The translations under genes and the position numbers were made by a program. The notes beneath the pieces are model-generated. The model did not search any database. It saw only the letters and a list, made by a program, of their open reading frames with translations, and was not told where the DNA came from. Shown one piece after another: positions 17,095 to 27,312 of a DNA stretch of 64,000 nt. How positions within the stretch are numbered: position 1 is the first letter of the stretch; every line of letters starts with the position of its first letter. Source of the DNA: an uncultured virus (IMG/VR IMGVR_UViG_3300045789_000880) (Duplodnaviria > Heunggongvirae > Uroviricota > Caudoviricetes); the IMG/VR virus record IMGVR_UViG_3300045789_000880. The stretch is one strand, 5' to 3'.

Positions 17095-18068
17095 TACGAA
17101 TTGCTTTGTGGTTCTTCAGCGACATCTATGATGGGAATGTCATCATCGACTTCTTCGACTTCTATATCTTGAATGGTAGGCTCAGGTTTAGTTACTTTAT
17201 CTTTAAGTGGGTTTTGTTCTGGTTCCGATTTGGCGAAAGCGTAATTAGTACTATCTGTAGCGTCCATATTTTCATCCTCCTCAATATCCTCTATTTCAGT
17301 CTCACCTTTTTCCTGACGAACGATGTCGAGAATGCGATTTTCAAGCAGACTATTTTCGGCACGTACTTCCATAACGACTTGTGCCTTTTTCATCAAGATG
17401 GAAATGACTGCACCCATTAATTGCTGTTCTGGCGTGAGTTTTTTAGCCTTCTTACGAAGTACTTGAGCAAGTAATGGTCTAAGTAAAGCTTGATCTTCTT
17501 TGTCAAGCTTTATACGCTCTACATTCTTATCATTCTGCTGATCTACAACTTGAATGATTTCTTCAAACTCATAGAACTCTTGGTGCTTTCTGATTTTTAC
17601 GAAATAACCACCGCCAACTGCAAGCACATTGTTAGACATTCCCAATATCGCATCGGCTGCTTGATTTGCTTGCGCGAGCGGTACTTCAAAATCTTGGTCG
17701 GTTACGGTTTCATCAGCTTCAGTATCAAATCCATTTCCGTTGATTTCTTGTTCGGGAGCATCAAGTGGTTCTTGGGCTTTTTCCTTTTCGACTTTAGCTT
17801 CAACCTTAGTTCTAAAATCGGTTTGAGTATTTCCGCTACGTCCAGGTTCTAGTTCATCAAGGGTTTTATGCTCTTGTTCTGGTTTCCAAACGTTCCAGCT
17901 TTTTTGTTTTTCTTCATCGGTTTCAACAGGACGTTCGCCACCTATGTCTTTTTCAATTACAGGTTGGTTAAGCGGACTACTATCTTCGTTTTGAAGTTGT
18001 TCAAAATTGATTTCTTCTGGAGTTGCGGTAAGGGCATCTTGTACCTCTTGAGCGATTTTGTCTTGCAT
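17094..18068 (-). CDS. Acidic hypothetical protein coupled to the ATPase
   Basis: TAATG overlap at 17094; acidic termini, helical core. Confidence 0.7.
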   Translation of the reverse strand: MQDKIAQEVQDALTATPEEINFEQLQNEDSSPLNQPVIEKDIGGERPVETDEEKQKSWNVWKPEQEHKTLDELEPGRSGNTQTDFRTKVEAKVEKEKAQEPLDAPEQEINGNGFDTEADETVTDQDFEVPLAQANQAADAILGMSNNVLAVGGGYFVKIRKHQEFYEFEEIIQVVDQQNDKNVERIKLDKEDQALLRPLLAQVLRKKAKKLTPEQQLMGAVISILMKKAQVVMEVRAENSLLENRILDIVRQEKGETEIEDIEEDENMDATDSTNYAFAKSEPEQNPLKDKVTKPEPTIQDIEVEEVDDDIPIIDVAEEPQSNS

Positions 18069-18072
18069 AGGC

Positions 18073-18525
18073 TTAGTTCAATTTTGCAATAAAATTGATA
18101 ATGTTGTTTTCGAGGATTTTAAATTTTTCTACAAAAGGCTTGTAGAATTGAGGAATGGAAAGAATCTCATCGCACTTATGGTAATTATATAGTATCGCAC
18201 GTTTGGACTGGCTAAAACTCTCGCCAATCTTGGCATAACTAGAATCTGTATATTTTTTGAGTAAATAATAACAGGACATACGAGCCTCACGATACTCTTG
18301 AACGCTGCTGGTGTAGAAGTTTTCTTCTTTTAAATCAAAGACTTCAATGCTCTGGGAAATAATAAAAACGAGAAGGAGTTTTACTTTCTCTTTATCCTTA
18401 GTGGTAAGTTCCGTATTGCTGGTTAAACTATCAATAACTTCAATGGTTTTTTGAAGTCCAAACTTCCCAATTAAGGAATCTATACTCTGTTGTAAATCGT
18501 GGTAATCGTGTGCTGTCTTTTTCAT
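18073..18525 (-). CDS. DnaA C-terminal-like HTH DNA-binding protein (start re-assigned to ATG 18525)
   Basis: EARMSCYYLLKKYTDSSYAKIGESFSQSKRAILY resembles DnaA domain IV. Confidence 0.6.
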   Translation of the reverse strand: MKKTAHDYHDLQQSIDSLIGKFGLQKTIEVIDSLTSNTELTTKDKEKVKLLLVFIISQSIEVFDLKEENFYTSSVQEYREARMSCYYLLKKYTDSSYAKIGESFSQSKRAILYNYHKCDEILSIPQFYKPFVEKFKILENNIINFIAKLN

Positions 18526-18668
18526 TGGGCAATCGCCGAATTGTTTGACAGGCAAACTACTAAAAGTTGTTTTTCAAAAAGTTTACAAAAGGTTTTTAGA
18601 AGATTTACTTTGGTTTTCACTTGAGTAGGTGTGAATGTTTTTTAACTTGTGGAGTTTACCACTGAATT

Positions 18669-20489
18669 ATGTATTTACAGAATATAAAACTTTGGAATTT
18701 TAGAAAATATGGGAATTCCAATCCATTTGATTTACAACAACCAAGTCTTGATTTGAATTTTTCCAAAGGAGTAAACGTCCTAATAGGTCAAAATGATTCA
18801 GGTAAAACTGCTATAATTGATGCTATTAAATTAGTTCTAAAAACTCATAGTTACGATTGGCTTAAAATTGTAAATGAAGATTTTTATTTAGATTCAGACA
18901 GACTCAGGATAGAACTCATTTTTGATGATTTAGATCCAGAAGAGGCAAAACATTTTACAGAATGGCTGGGATGGAATAAAGAGGCAGGTAAAGAGCCAAA
19001 GTGTTTTTTACGTCTAATTTTTGATGTGAGAAGAAACATTGCGGACAACACGATATTTCCATCAGATGTAAAAGCAGGAGTTGATCCTGTTGGATATCAG
19101 TTAACTGCTGAGGCAAGAGAGTTTATAAAAACGACCTACCTAAAACCTCTTAGAAATGCAAAAGCAGAGCTCGTGCCAAGAAAAAATTCTAGACTAGCTC
19201 AAATTCTACAGGAACACGAAGCATTTAGAGGGAGAAATAAAGATCATTCATTAGTTGGTCTTTTTAACGATTTTAACGTTTCAGTTGAAAAGTACTTTTT
19301 AGGTATTGCAAATAATGACGTCCCTTTACCACCGACTGAACAAAAAGGGAAAGAATTAAAGGACGAAATAGATAGTTATATAAGATCCTTTTATGATAAG
19401 ACAAAGGAATCAGCATTTGGAGTTAAGGATAACAATCTTAAAAATATTTTAGAGAAGTTAGAATTATCTATCAAAGATGAAATCAATCCAGGTTTAGGTA
19501 CTTTAAATCGTTTATTTATGGCATCTGAGTTATTACACTTAAATAAGAAAAACTGGACTGGTATAAGATTAGGTTTGATTGAAGAATTAGAAGCTCACTT
19601 GCATCCGCAAGCACAAATGCAAATCATTGAAGGCCTTCAAAAAGAGAAAAGCATCCAGCTTATTTTAACAACTCACAGTCCAAATTTAGGCTCTAAAATA
19701 AAACTTGAAAACCTAATTTTATGTTCAAATGATAGCGCATTCCCTATGGGCAAAGAATATACTAAGCTCAAAGATGAAGATTATAAGTTTCTTGAAAGAT
19801 TTCTGGATACCACCAAAGCAAATTTATTCTTTGCAAAAGGTATAATTATGGTTGAAGGATGGTCTGAAGAAATAATATTGCCAACCATAGCCCAGAGGTT
19901 GAAAGAACAAAATGTAATTAAAAAGAACTTGACTGAGGCAGGTGTTTCAATAGTCAATGTTGCGAGCACAGCTTTTCAGAGATATGCCAAAATATACTTA
20001 CGCAAAGAACCTGCATCAAAAAAGATTGGAATCCCAGTAGCTGTTATTACAGATGTTGATGTAAGAGCTTATGAAGAAGAAATAAAAGCTGGGGCAGATG
20101 GCAAAAATTATAAATCATATTCAAAAAAGGAAGAAGCAACTGTTATTGCGGAATCTATGAAAGAAGTAGCAAAATTACAGACCGAATACAATAAGGATAA
20201 CGTAAAATGTTTTGTTGCTAAAGACTGGACATTAGAATATGCATTATTAAAATCAACTTCAATCGGAGTGCTTTTTAGTGAAGCATTAATACAGATACAT
20301 CCACAAGTCCACCAAGATACTATTGAAGAAGACCTTAGTAAAAAGCTGATAAACAAATCTCTTCATAAGACCGAACTAGCTTATATATTAGCTGAAAAAA
20401 TAGAAAAAAATATTGTTTTACCAATCCAAGAAGACGATGTGAGCATTTCGTACCTAATCGACGCCATAAAATATGTCTGTAATGATTAG
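18669..20489 (+). CDS. gajA: OLD-family ATP-dependent nuclease (GajA-like)
   Basis: GQNDSGKT, IEELEAHLHP, TTHS, TOPRIM VEGWSE and TDVD. Confidence 0.85.
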   Translation: MYLQNIKLWNFRKYGNSNPFDLQQPSLDLNFSKGVNVLIGQNDSGKTAIIDAIKLVLKTHSYDWLKIVNEDFYLDSDRLRIELIFDDLDPEEAKHFTEWLGWNKEAGKEPKCFLRLIFDVRRNIADNTIFPSDVKAGVDPVGYQLTAEAREFIKTTYLKPLRNAKAELVPRKNSRLAQILQEHEAFRGRNKDHSLVGLFNDFNVSVEKYFLGIANNDVPLPPTEQKGKELKDEIDSYIRSFYDKTKESAFGVKDNNLKNILEKLELSIKDEINPGLGTLNRLFMASELLHLNKKNWTGIRLGLIEELEAHLHPQAQMQIIEGLQKEKSIQLILTTHSPNLGSKIKLENLILCSNDSAFPMGKEYTKLKDEDYKFLERFLDTTKANLFFAKGIIMVEGWSEEIILPTIAQRLKEQNVIKKNLTEAGVSIVNVASTAFQRYAKIYLRKEPASKKIGIPVAVITDVDVRAYEEEIKAGADGKNYKSYSKKEEATVIAESMKEVAKLQTEYNKDNVKCFVAKDWTLEYALLKSTSIGVLFSEALIQIHPQVHQDTIEEDLSKKLINKSLHKTELAYILAEKIEKNIVLPIQEDDVSISYLIDAIKYVCND

Positions 20490-22500
20490 CGTAACGGTTG
20501 AAGATATAGCATATGCAGAATCTATTTTATTAAAATCAGGACAAACATTTGATAAAGAGAGGCTGTCTTTTATAACCAACTTTGAAACATTAGATTTACA
20601 AGCGGTTCCTGGAAGTGGAAAAACAACGGCATTGCTTGCCAAGTTGCTAATTTTAGAAAAGCACTTGCCATTAAAAAAAGACAGAGGTGTTTTGGTTTTA
20701 TCTCACACTAATGCAGCTATAAACGAAATTAAAGATAGAATAGGTCAATATTGCCCTAAACTTTTTTCGCATCCAAATTTTATAGGAACAATTCAGAGCT
20801 TTACTGATATTTTTTTAGCAATTCCGGCATACGGAATTAAATACAAACAGAAACCAGTTAGAATAGATAATGAAATTTATAACGAAACCATTAGTAGAAT
20901 AATTGGGTATAATAAAAATGGCTTTGTAAAGCAAGAGAGAAACAATGCAATCAATTACACTAAGAATTTCAATGTATTGTTTTCTTATAGATTTAAATTT
21001 AACAATGGAACTTTACAGTTAGCTAAATCAATATCGGGAGATGCGTTGGAAATAAAAACACCGAATAGAAGAAAAGAAAAATTTACAAGTATCGAATTAG
21101 ATAGAATAGCCGAGTGGCTATATCTAACAAAACTCAAAGTTCTGGAAGCAGGAATTCTATGTTATGATGATGCTTACCTTTTAGCAGACATAATTCTTAC
21201 GGAAATCCCATCCTACATTTCACACTTGCAAAAACGCTTTAAATTTGTTTTTGTTGATGAAATGCAGGATATGGAAAAGCATCAATTTGACTTACTTGAA
21301 AGGCTATTCATAGGAGAAGGAAGTCTATCGTACTACCAACGATTAGGCGATGTGAATCAATCTATTTATTCAAAGTCAGTAGACTCAAATACAATATGGA
21401 ATCAACGGTCAAAAAAAATATTTATTTCTGGAAGTCATAGACTAAGCAAACCAATAGCCAAAGTAGTTGAGCGATTTGCCTTAACCGCATCGCCTGTAAA
21501 AGGTAGAATGAAAGATTTGGACGGGAATGATATCGAAATCAAGCCGGTCATTATTTCATATGATGTTGAAAAAATAACGGAGGTCATACCCACTTTTGCA
21601 AAACATATAAAATTGCTAATTAATGATGGTGCTATAATACACAATGAAAACAATAAATATGAAGCCATAGGTTGGCGAAAACATCACGAAGACGTAAACA
21701 AAATTTGTATTTCAGATTATTGGCCAAACTTTAGCTCAAGCGAAAAATCTAAAAATATTGATTATGTAGTTCTTGAAGACTATCTGAAATTTTCGGAAAA
21801 GAATAATATTACACTAGCACCTTTAAGAAAATCTATTTTAAATAGTTTTTGTAGAGTGCTTTATATAGAAGGAATAAGAGACGAGTTCACAAGAGTATAT
21901 ACCATTACAAAACTCATAAGATATTTCAGGTCGTTAGACAATGATGAGTATGCAACGCTAAAACTTAACTTATACAACTGGTGTGTTGCATTAAATAATG
22001 ATGAACTTAAGACGGCGCTTTCTCAAATCAGAGCATACATCCCCGAATTTTTAAATTGCTTTGAAAAGCAGATAGACAGATCTGTACAATTTATAAATGA
22101 TTCTTCGGACATTGAAAATATTGATGAAACTGATGAGCAAGATCATACTTATTCAAAAAATGGTATAAATATTAAAATTGGTTCTGTACACTCTGTAAAA
22201 GGACAAACCCACACAGCTACATTATATTTAGAAACATTTTTTAGTAAAGGTGCTGGCAATTACGAATCTGAAAGATTAAGTGAGCAAATAAAGGGGCAAC
22301 CAATAAAGGAATATCTGGACAGTTATAAAGGCGGTAGCGTTGAGAAAATCGTTCAATCTGCAAGAATGGCTTATGTCGGTTTTTCTAGACCTACACATTT
22401 ACTTTGTTTCGCGATAGAAAATTCAAGACTTGAAAAGTTTGCGAATGAGATAGATAAAAACGATTGGGATGTCATTCAAATAAAAAAACAGAAGCAGTAG
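20473..22500 (+). CDS. gajB: UvrD-like helicase (GajB-like)
   Basis: AVPGSGKTT, VDEMQD, GDVNQSIY, VHSVKGQTH, YVGFSR; overlaps the OLD gene. Confidence 0.85.
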   Translation: MSVMISVTVEDIAYAESILLKSGQTFDKERLSFITNFETLDLQAVPGSGKTTALLAKLLILEKHLPLKKDRGVLVLSHTNAAINEIKDRIGQYCPKLFSHPNFIGTIQSFTDIFLAIPAYGIKYKQKPVRIDNEIYNETISRIIGYNKNGFVKQERNNAINYTKNFNVLFSYRFKFNNGTLQLAKSISGDALEIKTPNRRKEKFTSIELDRIAEWLYLTKLKVLEAGILCYDDAYLLADIILTEIPSYISHLQKRFKFVFVDEMQDMEKHQFDLLERLFIGEGSLSYYQRLGDVNQSIYSKSVDSNTIWNQRSKKIFISGSHRLSKPIAKVVERFALTASPVKGRMKDLDGNDIEIKPVIISYDVEKITEVIPTFAKHIKLLINDGAIIHNENNKYEAIGWRKHHEDVNKICISDYWPNFSSSEKSKNIDYVVLEDYLKFSEKNNITLAPLRKSILNSFCRVLYIEGIRDEFTRVYTITKLIRYFRSLDNDEYATLKLNLYNWCVALNNDELKTALSQIRAYIPEFLNCFEKQIDRSVQFINDSSDIENIDETDEQDHTYSKNGINIKIGSVHSVKGQTHTATLYLETFFSKGAGNYESERLSEQIKGQPIKEYLDSYKGGSVEKIVQSARMAYVGFSRPTHLLCFAIENSRLEKFANEIDKNDWDVIQIKKQKQ

Positions 22501-22528
22501 ATAGTTAGTATTATATAAATAGTGTGGT

Positions 22529-23989
22529 GTGACATATATTCAAAAATATTTAAGTAAAAAGGGCGGTATTCTATCTGGGGATTTAGCCAAGTATATTCAG
22601 AAAAGAAAAGGAGTTTCAAATGATGCGGCTCGTAAACAAATTGAGAGGCTTAGAAGTCCTATCCATAAGTTAAGTGGACTTTTTTCAGACAAGAAAGTTT
22701 TTGTTTATCATTCGGACAACTACCAAACAGAGGCATACTATCTTGATTTGTTAGAAGCATTTAGAACAGATGGCAAACGATGTTTTTATCTTCTAAATGC
22801 ATTAAAATATCATCACGGTCTTCTTCCTGTTAAGGAACTTGCGAACTATACTCTGAGTCCTGTAAATGCAATAAAAGGACATATGAAGTTTTCCACACTC
22901 ATAGAGTTACTCAAGAGGCATAATTTAATTTCAGAAACGATAAATGGTGAATATCGACTTAACAGTTCCCTTACAGAGCACCAAAAACCTAATCTAAGGT
23001 ATATACAGGGAATTCAACTATCAAAGAAATTAGTACTTCAGCAATTTGAGATTTGGAGCAAAAACATAGGTATGGTTTCATTTAAAAGTGGAAAGAACAA
23101 TAACATAGTTGGTGGTTTTCAATTTGGTTTTACTGCGCCCTCTTACATAGATGGTCTTGTAGGGTATAAAGACAAGACAAAGAAGCCAGGCTTTTTAGTC
23201 GCTGATATCTTAATTGGAAATACTACAAATGATATTACGATTGGGTTTTTTACTCGAAAAATTGCGGCAATAAAAGCTTCTAATCCATCTTTGAAATTAT
23301 TACCTGTTCTACTCGTAGATGGAATTTCTTCAGAAGGATTAAATCAGCTAAAAAGCAAAGGTGTTTTAGTCGCATCAATTAAAGAGCTATTTGGAAAAGA
23401 TTATAGCGAGTTACTTAAAAACTTAATTAATACTGTTACAAACGCTGGTGCCATCCTTAAAACCGAGCCAGAAAAGTATCTGAACTTAATGAGTAAACTG
23501 ACAAAACTTGTCGATGGTAAAACAAACAATTTACGTGGAGATTTATTTGAATTAGCTGTTGGATTCTATTACAGTAAGTATTCGCAATCTTTGAACATAG
23601 GTAAAAGAATACCAGTAACAGATTCAATTAGAACAAGAGAAATAGACGTTTTTGCCAGTACTGAAAATGAAATATTCATCGTAGAATGCAAAGGGTATAA
23701 TTACCCTATTGATGGTGATTATATAGAGGTTTATATATCCGAGAAGATTAAAGAAATTCGTGGATGGCTCAACTTAAGATTTCCCGAAAAACGACATCGA
23801 TTTGAAATATGGAGTACTGGAGGGTTTACAGATGAAGCTCTGAAAATATTGAAAAAAACTAAGGCGAATGTCAAAAAGTTTGATTTCGATTTTCTAGATC
23901 AAAAAGCTATAATGGGAAAAGCCAACCAGTTGAATGACAAAAAATTCAAAGAAATACTTAGGGACTATTATCTAAAGGAATATGTTTGA
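22529..23989 (+). CDS. Protein with C-terminal PD-(D/E)xK (Mrr-like) nuclease domain
   Basis: GDLFELAV..REIDVFA..IVECKG..STGGFTDEA. Confidence 0.7.
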   Translation: MTYIQKYLSKKGGILSGDLAKYIQKRKGVSNDAARKQIERLRSPIHKLSGLFSDKKVFVYHSDNYQTEAYYLDLLEAFRTDGKRCFYLLNALKYHHGLLPVKELANYTLSPVNAIKGHMKFSTLIELLKRHNLISETINGEYRLNSSLTEHQKPNLRYIQGIQLSKKLVLQQFEIWSKNIGMVSFKSGKNNNIVGGFQFGFTAPSYIDGLVGYKDKTKKPGFLVADILIGNTTNDITIGFFTRKIAAIKASNPSLKLLPVLLVDGISSEGLNQLKSKGVLVASIKELFGKDYSELLKNLINTVTNAGAILKTEPEKYLNLMSKLTKLVDGKTNNLRGDLFELAVGFYYSKYSQSLNIGKRIPVTDSIRTREIDVFASTENEIFIVECKGYNYPIDGDYIEVYISEKIKEIRGWLNLRFPEKRHRFEIWSTGGFTDEALKILKKTKANVKKFDFDFLDQKAIMGKANQLNDKKFKEILRDYYLKEYV

Positions 23990-23992
23990 AAC

Positions 23993-24025
23993 AAAAAGAC
24001 CAAATTAAAATATTTAGTCTTTTTT
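23993..24025. terminator. Probable bidirectional terminator
   Basis: AAAAAGAC..GTCTTTTT stem between convergent genes. Confidence 0.5.
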
Positions 24026-24037
24026 ATCTCGTCGTTA

Positions 24038-24511
24038 TTACTTCTCTAGTCTATACCGATACCTAAAAACACTAGTCCGTACCACACGATATTTTCCAAT
24101 TACAGTATTCCAACCCAACTGTGTTTTTACACCCAAATCTCGAAATGTCGAACCAGCAATATTTCGGACACGTCCCATTCTTACTAACTCCTCTAAAATA
24201 GCTTCGTCATTAGCAGGTTTTACAGCTTCCTTTTTAGGTGCTACTTTTTCAAGTTCTGGTTGTTCTTCTAGTGCATCTTCAATTTCATTGAACTCTAGTT
24301 TATCGGCATACTCTTCATCGATGTCCTCTAAGATTTCTAAATCCAGTTCTTCAAGTTGTTCGTATAAACTTCCTTTTTCACAATCTGAAACCGTTTCAAG
24401 TAGCTTATACATTCTATCAAAGATTTCTATTTTTTCTTGAATAGGTTGCAATAGTAATTTCTTATCCAGTTTGTTATTCTTCAGGAAAACCTGATGTTCT
24501 ATTTTCTTCAT
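24038..24511 (-). CDS. Hypothetical protein
   Basis: ORF in a tightly spaced minus-strand run. Confidence 0.7.
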   Translation of the reverse strand: MKKIEHQVFLKNNKLDKKLLLQPIQEKIEIFDRMYKLLETVSDCEKGSLYEQLEELDLEILEDIDEEYADKLEFNEIEDALEEQPELEKVAPKKEAVKPANDEAILEELVRMGRVRNIAGSTFRDLGVKTQLGWNTVIGKYRVVRTSVFRYRYRLEK

Positions 24512-24515
24512 AATC

Positions 24516-24761
24516 TTATGTTGTTATTGGGATGAGTTCCTGTTTATCTGCAATAGCATTTTCTAAAACATTAGAAAGTGCTGCGGTTGCAAGAGAGGTG
24601 ACGATAATGATACCGGTTGTTTTTAAAAGTTCGGCACCTCTTGGTATTTGTAGTTTGAACTCCTTTGCTGGGTCATTCTTACCTAAATTATAATAGATGA
24701 GCGCTTCGGCAAAACCTATCGCCAGTCCAGCGCCTGTAATGATTAATACTTTTTTATTCAT
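24516..24761 (-). CDS. Small two-TM membrane protein
   Basis: Two hydrophobic segments. Confidence 0.7.
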   Translation of the reverse strand: MNKKVLIITGAGLAIGFAEALIYYNLGKNDPAKEFKLQIPRGAELLKTTGIIIVTSLATAALSNVLENAIADKQELIPITT

Positions 24762-24763
24762 AG

Positions 24764-25384
24764 TTATTTGGTGGCTTTTTCTTCCATTTTATCATACTTC
24801 GCTTTGATGTCTTTTTCGCCAGCTTCAGCACGTACAAAGTTGATTCCGTAGGTATTCATAATACCTCTGTGTGCGCGGAGCAGAATCTTTTCGGCTTCTT
24901 TCTGCATCTTCACATTATCTTTATGCGCTGGCGGAATCAAATTAGCAATCGCGATAAAATGATTCTTGATTTTAGTGTGGCGCATTGGCTTGGGCTTCTT
25001 AGGCTCATTCTTGCGCTTTTCTTCATTAAATCGTTTGATTTTTAACCGACACGCCTTGATGTCTTTACTCAAACTATCCAGTTCTTTCTTAACGGTTTTA
25101 GTAGGTTCTTTGTCCTTTTTTGGAGCATCCTTTTTAGAATCAGATGATTCTTTTTTAGACGTCTCTTTAGGTTCCTTCTTTTCCGCTTTCTCAGCTTTTA
25201 TAGCTTTAGGAGCAAGACGTTCCACTAACAGAAAAACCTTCTCGATATTTTCTTTGGCAATCTCTTCAAAAGCCTTTTTATCGTTAGTTTCTTTGTAGTC
25301 ATCCAGTATGTCCTGCACAGCAGTTTGTAATGCTTCAGGTTGCACATTGCTCATATCGAGCGCTTGTAATTGTTGTATGGTCAT
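24764..25384 (-). CDS. Lys/Glu-rich hypothetical protein
   Basis: ORF, operon spacing. Confidence 0.7.
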   Translation of the reverse strand: MTIQQLQALDMSNVQPEALQTAVQDILDDYKETNDKKAFEEIAKENIEKVFLLVERLAPKAIKAEKAEKKEPKETSKKESSDSKKDAPKKDKEPTKTVKKELDSLSKDIKACRLKIKRFNEEKRKNEPKKPKPMRHTKIKNHFIAIANLIPPAHKDNVKMQKEAEKILLRAHRGIMNTYGINFVRAEAGEKDIKAKYDKMEEKATK

Positions 25385-25393
25385 CGTTTATTT

Positions 25394-25708
25394 TTAAGCT
25401 GCGATTAATAATTCTAGTTCCAGAAGGTCTAACGCTCGGGCACGTTCTTTTTCTTGAAGGCGTATGATTTCTTTAGCATCACTACGTGTATCTTTCTGTT
25501 GCATTTTAGGATGCAACATCTCATATAAAAGTGCATCTGCTTCTTGGGCTTTCACATCAGATTTACTAAAATCTTCAGAAGTTGATTTAATTACTTCCCA
25601 AGCCTTTACAGGATCAAGTTTACTACCTGTGAGATCTACAATTTCATCTTGATTTTTAATCTTCAACGCCTTGAGCGCATCCTTGGTTATATTCTTAGTT
25701 TTATACAT
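25394..25708 (-). CDS. Hypothetical protein
   Basis: ORF ending RARALDLLELELLIAA. Confidence 0.7.
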   Translation of the reverse strand: MYKTKNITKDALKALKIKNQDEIVDLTGSKLDPVKAWEVIKSTSEDFSKSDVKAQEADALLYEMLHPKMQQKDTRSDAKEIIRLQEKERARALDLLELELLIAA

Positions 25709-25711
25709 TTT

Positions 25712-26038
25712 CTATAATTTATGATCTATGGCATATTGTTGATTGTAAAGCGGTTCCAGCGACCAGATAAAATCATTGGCTTCTTCCTGGTCTGCATAAT
25801 GAATAGAACATAGTTGTGACGTTCCATCAGTTTTGAAACATTCGTAGCGGTAGCATTGCACGGGATTGTCAATGTTAGAAATATCAATCGTAGTCCAACG
25901 CAGTATTAATATGTTTTTACGCATAGTAGAAACCATAATCTGAAAATCTCTACATTGGGCTGTACAAGCCTTATTGATGTCAATCGCTCTGTCCATTATC
26001 TTGTAAATGACGCTTTGCTTTAAGGTTTTCTTATCCAT
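25712..26038 (-). CDS. Hypothetical protein (start re-assigned to ATG 26038)
   Basis: MDKKTLKQ start overlaps the stop of the upstream gene. Confidence 0.6.
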   Translation of the reverse strand: MDKKTLKQSVIYKIMDRAIDINKACTAQCRDFQIMVSTMRKNILILRWTTIDISNIDNPVQCYRYECFKTDGTSQLCSIHYADQEEANDFIWSLEPLYNQQYAIDHKL

Positions 26039-27044
26039 TCGGCTGCAACTGATTTTTATAGTTGGTAATGATTTGTGAGATTTCCTTAACTGCCGAATCC
26101 ATCGAATAACTTTGTTCAAACACGAAGCCTTTTGGGTTGATTGCTTTCGCGAAAGCGGTACCCATACTAACCGAAATAGTTCCCAAACCAGAAGGAATCG
26201 TGAGACCGAAATAATTGCTCATCGCCACCAAAGATTTAAACCCACGAAACCTGAAATAACGTGGGTCACTACTCATCAATAGCAATTGGTTTTTATCCAG
26301 TTTATCCTGAAAGCGTTTTACGCGCACACAACCCATCGTAACCTGATTATTGAAAGAAGTTCCCAACATCACATTCACTTCAACCGAAACGCCACGCAGT
26401 TCCATAAACTCCACAAGTTCTGCACAAGCCAGACCTACATAAAGCAAATCATTACCCTTTATGTGGGCATTTGCACCAGCCATTATATATAGTTGAAGCG
26501 ATGGATACGACATTTGCTTGTCCTTGAAATAGGCAAATACGCTCTTTACCGAAGTCAATACTTTCTTGTTACCCAACTCAATATTCATCTGACTTACAGA
26601 GGTGTTGAGTGGCGAAGTCGTATTAATAGGAAACTGTTGATACATTCCCATTGCAGCACGCTCAAAGGAGAACACGCCAAGACCACGATCATTATAAGCC
26701 ATCTTTGGTTTTGGCAATACAGAATCGTTGAGATATTGTAAATAATGTGTGAGTTTCTCTTTGATTTTTGGCTGAATCTTAGCAACTAGAGGCATCCCCA
26801 AAAAGGTACGATGTTCGTTGAGTTCCTTGATGCCTTTTGGTGTTGGTGTACCATACCAATCTGTTCCGCTACGCAGTTGACTATCGGTACTTTCTTCAAT
26901 AAATTCCCAACGCGATTGATTTGCAGATGATAGATTTTTAGTCTCAACATCTACAAAAGCGTTGAAAGCAAAGACACTATCAAATAAAAGATAGTTGTAT
27001 TTGCCATCAGGACTTTTATGGGTATGTTGTTTTGGTGCGCTCAC
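26031..27044 (-). CDS. vWA-like partner of MoxR-type AAA+ ATPase (tentative)
   Basis: Alpha/beta pattern LQLYIMAGAN..LVEFMELRGVSVEV..VRVK..YFRFRGF; GTG start. Confidence 0.55.
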   Translation of the reverse strand: MSAPKQHTHKSPDGKYNYLLFDSVFAFNAFVDVETKNLSSANQSRWEFIEESTDSQLRSGTDWYGTPTPKGIKELNEHRTFLGMPLVAKIQPKIKEKLTHYLQYLNDSVLPKPKMAYNDRGLGVFSFERAAMGMYQQFPINTTSPLNTSVSQMNIELGNKKVLTSVKSVFAYFKDKQMSYPSLQLYIMAGANAHIKGNDLLYVGLACAELVEFMELRGVSVEVNVMLGTSFNNQVTMGCVRVKRFQDKLDKNQLLLMSSDPRYFRFRGFKSLVAMSNYFGLTIPSGLGTISVSMGTAFAKAINPKGFVFEQSYSMDSAVKEISQIITNYKNQLQPNG

Positions 27045-27312
27045 GTATGCTCATAAAAGTAAATTTTGAGGTGGTGTGAATTGCGTAACACATTTGTATT
27101 TAGATACGCTTCATCGAATAATCTGACAATTAATTTAAAAAAAATGAAATTGTTAAAGATTTTATTTATTTTAGAAACGCGAAAAATAATTGCAAGCTCA
27201 ACAGATTTCTCCCTTAGATCTTTTTGACAGAAACAAACCATTTATCAAAATACAATGGCTCAGTTTCTATTGCTTTTAATCAAGAAATTAGCTCAATCGA
27301 AGTAACCAAAGT

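Noticed and set aside
719..18068. Tailed (Caudoviricetes) prophage
   Set aside because: No recognisable terminase, portal, HK97 capsid, tape measure or tail genes
27041..27241. 66-aa minus-strand ORF
   Set aside because: Low-complexity AT-rich translation across a divergent promoter/junction region
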